This document shows, piece after piece, positions 24,301 through 27,407 of a DNA stretch of 32,000 nucleotides. The notes under the pieces were generated by a model. That model was not told the DNA's origin, ran no database searches, and worked only from the letters and a program-made list of their open reading frames with translations. A program made the translations under genes and the position numbers. Each line of letters starts with the position of its first letter. Position 1 is the stretch's first letter. The stretch is from Candidatus Poseidoniaceae archaeon (GTDB taxonomy: Archaea; Thermoplasmatota; Poseidoniia; Poseidoniales; Poseidoniaceae), in contig CALSTM010000001.1 of assembly GCA_943789275.1 (NCBI GenBank), positions 150,001-182,000 on the forward strand, given 5' to 3'.

Positions 24301-24569
24301 ATGAGGATGACTCAAACGTACCAACAGGTCCAACTCCTGGTCCGTCTGGACCGGCTCCAACCTCAGGGCCGACTGGACCGGCTCCAACCTCAGGGCCGAC
24401 TGGACCGGCACCGGAAACCAAAGAAGTTCCTCCTATCGAGCAAGAAGACACCTCATGGCAAGTTGAGCATCGGGTAGACGATGACGGAACCGAATGGGCT
24501 GAAGACGAAAACGGCACATGGTGGTATCGTCAAGAAGGCGATGCTGATTGGGGCGAATGGAAAGAGTGA
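15348..24569 (+). CDS. giant (3073 aa) type-I membrane-anchored modular surface protein
   Basis: A single uninterrupted ORF starts at ATG 15348 (ATG 15378 is an alternative). The layout is:
- N-terminal signal/anchor: TALTIFLVSMFLFADVLL
- 13 alternating beta-sandwich-like modules
- about 8 Ig-like modules
- TM helix: LYYVGTGLLVIVSIVLLGLLVSVL
- acidic, Pro-rich and Trp-rich tail

Internal repeat periodicity and consistent composition support one real gene. Confidence 0.9.
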   Translation: MEEGLKALSPMLRETAPRRTALTIFLVSMFLFADVLLPQSIDFEQKLDDSPRISYAISTQSVLSDTHIMEANPSSNYNVSSSGFIGTSVNGFESRILMDFAMNFTSADSIQSATLNIVCDTSSSSPSAMNIYTASPSSWNSSLVTWYQNDLGSPWGEAGADGANDRSAWEPPFRAVSNGTYAINVTAFAQEAASTNQPHFSVLISGLGSHFECKMSEALPVSDRPELVLVTSAVAAGNGGSVVSNFADDGLPLMTGDLILTADTTPTLSYDSLVGTHVEYQLSLDSEFKDFSDLAWHYSTMQNSFTMSGTSGSFTLPSSEQFDNGSRVYYRVRSLDTTDTLSTWSTTETFLLPAHTVTDNGDGSASIEVTRNQLGDVGTFIEDSYSNELSKNTKNGASTTLQTSVTSNKESLVHLRVNLPLLGLPSNATILDAQVNLTRDSSANNPMLSMHEMASTEWVENELTWNRESNANSWSDGGRVFASTASATGFNGSQTSSNFGFGFTDVLQSWVENGESDASEFMITARGKDEAYSTTGTKTMTFFSTEATLESNQPHVFVNYRWGPSSPLADVILTGPAEDEAVWNQSGHNFTANLTPSITWTPSATNNEMLLQMATDEQFRDLTMSLNTGVDNDFSPSDGILNLTGENTLTAGNMYFWRMAYLDSDGRQGPWSSSNFLVSSLESTWLGGERSEFRMKHGNGTTDGLYPECLDTYIDSGTPNQNYNDESKILISYNTYPIEALGLLNCNLRSNLLPAGYAVESAQLSMVVASTPSNSPRVAVWENTLSNWTDSGATWNSYDGTNSWATAGAKGSERSSLLDSVQLDSTFSNGDRIFWNVTLGVQNAMRQNSSADFMIGILGVGSGSDREVQLYPGFAADVRKPELTFVYVPGSNVVPVDPVPVSPLNGSWSMGTGVDQTPIQRPTLEWSFGNTAGVGGWAVQLDKSETFDSASLLTSTSWNDAGFDAANLSYTPTTDLDDGSTWYWRVRAISPTNQIGNWSNAFTFAVPDLTTWQTCSDGSCASVELHHREAMPDLNLPNFVDTYVLQSGSGSSTTYDTSSQLKVGATSNNVQALSLLRIPLNSLPQPANARITGAELNLYSEFNSAVGEPIAVRPVYQNWNTSANGLTYDGINNWSQPGARDLGVDLGPYVDLQDSVASGWMNWDVSEAVQAALTAGSSTLSLAIYASNDITSYSNGPNVVTFTSTDGASSQHPWLNLTWSNGTGSVPATSGVNAGPANDSLSWDASSHALISDETPLFSWTYPSSVSADAWRVHIFADPSDDMAGRYTFDSRDVPAQFDLTNLTFLPSSPVDYSQTVRWTVQPILLGMIGPQSTSTVFHVPDADSGEVNSTHAWVTLQEGSMVEDQGYPMITMDTTLNGGSIFANNGASQNLIVGRSPSNSLLRTSSLIEMDFSSLPLPAIYEVTNATLTLTGVSGSGEVFVTVSEMITQWDESSSWAFPGNNTTSWVGVGAYHSDDSNIPETQGFWMNESTEFEINVTSMLQHAVERGQQSLNIILQAEESMGTVSGIYYIASSENAAIDERPKLTISYELDTPWNPTSPSNLGPVDGSTLWNLTSPLPAGADGVETNWTSADSNQTQWVLCGAMDARMVEELECFNSTASTFDTDLNITWDAQNLSAFIEGLEQADEWKYWRVRGDQDVRIGHWSHVHKFRIPDVNPYDASTDGLGNYTVTLTRGAIFENTGLLPAVPDAEISSSSTVNLGLSTAMNLGTSASGTGESQILMEFDLSSLPWPAAITPTSMLLNLYRTGVTGTSATTVSAHACSPFVESSVNWNTNVPCQSSEITRSTLTLSPATGWASWDLTSLAQSNIANGNLTMTILLKTVGSPSTSHAFYSSDGSATEYRPQLVIDYVDNVNGILPPAQPTLTSPQDGSVLYNVSGDVLQSDDRPVLVWSPVSGATGYTLTIANETGVVKYNSWESSAITSTTFRFANSLTSGEVFTWWVQGVNQSIPGPSSPRWTFAIGSPNHVDNGDLTYTYTFQTGNEVSQFGHTNIRETHLSEAYPSTNFGGNDVLELGTNFGSNSGLQSHLTFALDNGQVPLAMYSNVHSASAGFYLDSWTATGGASEMTFSVHRILNPLWAQSSSTWNESSSASSGAWGAPGMQAGVDYEATPITSFVDSNMNEDRWIWFDIGVNGMLIDNDNAWIIIGTPNQGTLLANIYSSEHSEADYRPMILLNHTDVTTIDISPTAPTTDADSTVSFSSVVYDHLSMASGAPVVWSASNGSISQSGVFTPYATGQHTVSACFGIICSSETVTVTPGSPVELIVTPETAIISADDSLQISAYVVDQFGNTVSGQTINYSPSNGSMDSSTEGLFMPMASGTQTVDVTWNGVMMTPQTITVSVLVETGIPAYFVLEGCQGAVPAGILCAVTHTLYDQFGNEIIDNSEAGDFTWTTTNGNYSESTDEYFPDHVGDWYLNLTSTSGASGSLMITVDHGQMASLELAASSTSITADEQVWINTTRIDVRGNRLPVLLELDNWVTPQDSQLLPGAPAIWSPTSRGAKIIQATYETITSEITVTVQEGAIVSLILIVDNNVSTWQNFDITSDDILDVKVKAYDQKDNRWIVSANWSLLHPDWTSQTALEQLSGDETSFVPYLASTEHYTITAVYDDGTMTHQVSINVTVSHGDLNSVSIVATGNDGLANTVFDITSDEHIDFTAALADLDTNPIDSSILGWYLTNLDTGDTSVITDELLANGMRWDASAVGNWSISASAVSDSGYNISDAVSVSVVHGKAVLVEAVLDATTQTAGQEITMVVTGTDSDGNTFPQLVEWLENDVAVANITAGENEGTYVYLATTAGAHSLKYTTGSTDATVVVTVEAQRIVDSLQIDISSTTVDQLSNFTVTVKAFDMYLNQIEVPPSANIDATGRAEVLQKGPGVWNVITLDDGQQTVTITAGKVTEERNIEVEGNIGGFFKAGGPLYYVGTGLLVIVSIVLLGLLVSVLRGGDSGYDDDDDEYDYDDEDDSNVPTGPTPGPSGPAPTSGPTGPAPTSGPTGPAPETKEVPPIEQEDTSWQVEHRVDDDGTEWAEDENGTWWYRQEGDADWGEWKE
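15531..21944 (+). other. alternating module array A1-B1-A2-B2-A3-B3-A4-B4-A5-B5-A6-B6-A7 inside the giant protein
   Basis: A modules are about 175-190 aa.
- Approximate nt ranges: 15531-16037, 16479-17027, 17460-18008, 18453-19004, 19431-19997, 20439-20963, 21375-21944.
- They start with motifs like LDTYIDSGTPNQNYN / VDTYVLQSGSGSSTTYD / IRETHLSEAYPSTNFG.
- They end with [RQKH]P-x-L-x(3)-[YWH], for example SDRPELVLV, VRKPELTFVY, DERPKLTISY, EYRPQLVIDY, DYRPMILLNH.

B modules are about 100-110 aa.
- Approximate nt ranges: 16110-16406, 17055-17384, 18045-18368, 19047-19370, 20034-20372, 20991-21302.
- They end with an FN3-like aromatic-W-R-V-R...G-x-W-S motif (VYYRVRS..STWS, MYFWRMAY..GPWS, TWYWRVRAIS..GNWS, KYWRVRGD..GHWS). 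Confidence 0.7.
21954..24140 (+). other. array of about eight Ig-like (Big_2-type) modules in the giant protein
   Basis: Units of about 85-105 aa are each closed by a V-x-V-x(1-3)-G boundary: TVTVTPGSP, ITVSVLVETG, LMITVDHGQ, ITVTVQEGA, INVTVSHGD, VSVSVVHGK, VVVTVEAQ, NIEVEG. Each has internal motifs such as Y/VxDQFGN and W..SNGSI..G.F, as in bacterial Ig-like group 2 domains. Confidence 0.65.
24346..24411 (+). repeat. 27-bp perfect tandem duplication (2.4 copies) encoding GPAPTSGPT in the cytoplasmic tail
   Basis: The unit ctggaccggctccaacctcagggccga occurs at 24346-24372 and identically at 24373-24399. A partial third copy (ctggaccggcac) follows. The repeat is in frame within the giant CDS. 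Confidence 0.9.
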
Positions 24570-24600
24570 GAAGCAAATCTTTGATACACATTGACGAGAA

Positions 24601-24606
24601 AGGTGA
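24601..24606 (+). promoter_or_regulatory. possible Shine-Dalgarno site (AGGTGA) for the 24611 gene
   Basis: The sequence gagaaAGGTGAatctATG is complementary to the conserved 16S 3' end (..UCACCU..). The spacer is 4 nt. Confidence 0.4.
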
Positions 24607-24610
24607 ATCT

Positions 24611-27259
24611 ATGAAGGATACATATGACTACAGGAGTTTCATTCTAAGTTTCGTATGCGTTCTGCTGTTTTCATTCCATAGTTTCTCGCTCTCACAACCT
24701 CAGTTCTCTTGGCTTGACGAAGAGAGCCTCGTTTCTCGGCAAGGTGGGGCACAACCTGTTCGGGTGGAACTGTCAGCCGATTTGACCTCGATTACTGCTG
24801 ATGAAGTCATCATGTTTACTGCCCAATTGTATGACAATTTGAACAACCAAGTATCAGGCGAAGTAGTTTGGAGTTGCTCGAACGGGTCAATTACAGATGA
24901 TGGGATATTCTATCCATGGTCTTCTGGTTCGGTATTGATTCAAGCCTCTCACAACGGCTTAGTTGGTTCGATGAACATTACCGTGACACCAGGAGTGGGT
25001 CAAAGCCTACGTACCACGAGTCTTACCGCACATGCACTCTTGCCGGTCACACTGACTGCAGACCTTTTGGATGCACGTGGAAACGCACGGACTGCATCGA
25101 ATGTAGTCTGGACCATTGACGGCACGTATATTGGAACTGGCGAGCCTGTCTGGACTCCTATGGACACCGGGGAATACTCGATTCGGGCCAGACTCTACCA
25201 GATGGAGCATGATGATACTCTGGTTGTCTCGGCAGGAGCTCCTCACGAATTTGTGTTTGACCAGGGTATGCAAGTCCGTAGTGGCTCAGCGCTTCAGATG
25301 ACTCCACGTTTGCTGGATGTCAACGGATTTGAAATGAACATTACAACCGCCGGTAACCGAGTTTGGGAAGTAGAAAATGGCAGTATTCTCCCATCTGGAT
25401 GGTTTACTGCCACTCAACCGGGTTTATGGGCAGTCAATGTTTCAGCGGGTAATATTACTGGGACTGGAATGATTCGTGTAGTCCCGGCAGATGCAACGAT
25501 TTCGCAAGTAACGGTGCTCTCAGACAGTGAACAATTCACAGCAGGTGTGGCGTATGAGATCGCTGCAATGCGTACAGATTCTCTCGGCTACACAGGTACA
25601 ATCAGTCCTCCTTTGGCAAACTTTACTGTTTCGAGTGGCGGACTTTCCAACATCAATGGTGCCGTGTATTGGACGCCTGGTGCAGTTGGTACCCATGAAT
25701 TACGAGTCGATGATGACGGCGTTCTTTCCACATTGACGGTTGATGTCGTTCATGGCCCTGCAATCGACGCAGAGTTAATTCTTGTATCCTCAAATTTCGC
25801 TGCAGGTGGACAAAGTACAGTCGCCTTCATGGCCACTGATGTGGTCGGAAACGAGTGGATGGTCAATGGGACGATGACACTGGTTAACGGCAACAGCTCC
25901 CAATTTTCGGTTTTCACGGGCTATGTTGTGGTGACTCCTGAAGAATCTCTTACATGGAGAATTGAGGGTAATTGGTACGATGTCTCGACAGGTACTCGTT
26001 ACCAGCCCGTCTTCCAGTTGAAATCAACCCCGGGGCAGTTGGCCTTTATCCAACTCAACGGCGAAGGCGCCATTCTCCCATCAGATACTCCACTGGCACT
26101 CAATCCACTGTTTTTTGATGCTTACTCAAATCCATTAGAGGATATTGGATTGAACTGGACCGTCGATGGCGTTGACTCGACAATCGACATTTTGTTGTCT
26201 GATTTGCATTGGATACCCACTACAGTTGGTGGGCATGAGATACGAGCAAATGCCGACGGAGTCTTCGCCACAGTTCGATTAACGGTTGTTGCTGGCGATG
26301 CAAGGAATTTAGTGACCAATTATGAAGACGGTCTCACAGTTCAAGCAGGAGTTGCAACAGAGTTATTCATCCAAACCATAGATGCCCACGGCAACTTAGC
26401 ACCGTCCACTGCAGTCATGACTTCGCTTGATGGGGAATTTGGTACGCTCACCGCATCTTCTTCTGGTGATGGTTATTGGGATTTTGCCGGCCGCACGAAA
26501 GGAACATATTCTCTCGAGTTAATGCAAGACAATGCAACACACGTTCTTGATCTCACGGTTGAATCAGGAGCACCGGTTCGTATTATTTCGACCATGGATG
26601 CCGAGAATATCGCTCAAGGTGATACTGTCCTCCTGCGTGTGCAATCGGTTGATGTATACGGAAACTCCGTCGAAGTCATCCCTGCAAATACGACCATCAG
26701 TTGCACTTCAGGCTCTGCCAAACACGTGACCTCAGATACATGGGAGTTGGATATTTCTACATCCGGAAACGATCGTTCATGCAACGTACTCTGGAACGGT
26801 CTTCTTTCTCAGAATTATTTTGATGTTGAATCGGTATTGCTTGGAGGTGCTGTTGGTTCAACGAATACGGCAATGGGCCTTGGTATCTTTTTGTTGGCTT
26901 TGATTTTGGTAACACTTGTCGCTCTGGTTCGGAAAGCGAACCAAGATGAGGTTGAATGGACCGAAGATGGCTTTGAAGACGAGGTGTTTGAAGACCACTC
27001 GAGCATGGAGGGTGACACTGACGATGACTTTTTGGACAACTCAGATTCAGTCACAATCGACGGTGATGAAACAACTTTATCGCCGCCTCATCTTCAGGAC
27101 GATGTCCGCACCACTCTTGCCAAAAAAGCAGCTGAAGTCGGTGTTATGCAAGCCATCTCAGGTACGGAGCAAGGCTCGAGCGGATGGTATGTCGACGTAA
27201 GCACTGAGATGCAGTACTGGGATGTTGGCTCCGATGGTACATGGACTCGGGTTGAATGA
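24611..27259 (+). CDS. type-I membrane-anchored surface protein made of about eight Ig-like modules (paralogue of the C-terminal third of the giant protein)
   Basis: The track ORF starts at TTG 24548 and overlaps the giant gene. ATG 24611, which has an SD-like site, gives MKDTYDYRSFILSFVCVLLFSFHSFSLS (signal/anchor). Ig-like units are closed by NITVTPGV, LVVSAGA, IRVVPAD, TVDVVHGP, VRLTVVAGD and LDLTVESGA. The TM helix is AMGLGIFLLALILVTLVALV (26870-26929). The tail is acidic and ends in a Trp-rich motif. Confidence 0.85.
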   Translation: MKDTYDYRSFILSFVCVLLFSFHSFSLSQPQFSWLDEESLVSRQGGAQPVRVELSADLTSITADEVIMFTAQLYDNLNNQVSGEVVWSCSNGSITDDGIFYPWSSGSVLIQASHNGLVGSMNITVTPGVGQSLRTTSLTAHALLPVTLTADLLDARGNARTASNVVWTIDGTYIGTGEPVWTPMDTGEYSIRARLYQMEHDDTLVVSAGAPHEFVFDQGMQVRSGSALQMTPRLLDVNGFEMNITTAGNRVWEVENGSILPSGWFTATQPGLWAVNVSAGNITGTGMIRVVPADATISQVTVLSDSEQFTAGVAYEIAAMRTDSLGYTGTISPPLANFTVSSGGLSNINGAVYWTPGAVGTHELRVDDDGVLSTLTVDVVHGPAIDAELILVSSNFAAGGQSTVAFMATDVVGNEWMVNGTMTLVNGNSSQFSVFTGYVVVTPEESLTWRIEGNWYDVSTGTRYQPVFQLKSTPGQLAFIQLNGEGAILPSDTPLALNPLFFDAYSNPLEDIGLNWTVDGVDSTIDILLSDLHWIPTTVGGHEIRANADGVFATVRLTVVAGDARNLVTNYEDGLTVQAGVATELFIQTIDAHGNLAPSTAVMTSLDGEFGTLTASSSGDGYWDFAGRTKGTYSLELMQDNATHVLDLTVESGAPVRIISTMDAENIAQGDTVLLRVQSVDVYGNSVEVIPANTTISCTSGSAKHVTSDTWELDISTSGNDRSCNVLWNGLLSQNYFDVESVLLGGAVGSTNTAMGLGIFLLALILVTLVALVRKANQDEVEWTEDGFEDEVFEDHSSMEGDTDDDFLDNSDSVTIDGDETTLSPPHLQDDVRTTLAKKAAEVGVMQAISGTEQGSSGWYVDVSTEMQYWDVGSDGTWTRVE
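24755..26827 (+). other. Ig-like module array of the second surface protein
   Basis: I delimited about eight units of about 80-95 aa by eye. The first one (ITADEVIMFTAQLYDNLNNQVSGEVVWSCSNGSITDDGIFYPWSSGSVLIQASHNGLVGSMNITVTPG) is a textbook Big_2-like pattern. Confidence 0.6.
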
Positions 27260-27276
27260 AATGTCCATTGACCAAC

Positions 27277-27303
27277 CGCTTGGTGCATCAAGCGATTTCT
27301 TTG
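27277..27303 (+). terminator. hairpin plus T-rich tract downstream of the 24611-27259 gene
   Basis: The stem is cgcttgg/tcaagcg (7 bp including one G-T pair) with a tgca loop, followed by atttctttg. It lies 18 nt after the stop codon. Archaeal termination depends mainly on the oligo-T tract, so this is a tentative call. Confidence 0.35.
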
Positions 27304-27407
27304 AATTGATATGGCTTCTTCCTGCTCTTATCTGCTGGAAAGGCAGGACCATCTGTTCAGTGGTTTTAACGAACATTGTTGAGCCATTGTCACGTATGAT
27401 GTAATGC

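Noticed and set aside
24346-24411. Direct repeats of 27 bp considered as a possible CRISPR-like array
   Set aside because: The repeats are contiguous, with no spacers, and number only 2.4 copies. They are in frame inside a long CDS and encode a Pro-rich peptide repeat.
15448-24517. Dozens of short ORFs on both strands inside the giant gene (for example 16586-16990, 18001-18375, 20920-21333, 23258-23650, 24208-24477)
   Set aside because: These are shadow ORFs of a 9.2-kb CDS. The main frame shows regular domain periodicity throughout. The 24208-24477 and 24211-24411 ORFs merely re-read the acidic and Pro-rich repeat region in other frames.
24548-24610. Start of the 903-aa track ORF, overlapping the end of the giant gene by 22 nt
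   Set aside because: The codon at 24548 is TTG and the extension (MGRMERVRSKSLIHIDEKGES) is hydrophilic with no signal character. ATG 24611 has an AGGTGA SD-like site and starts directly at the signal/anchor sequence.
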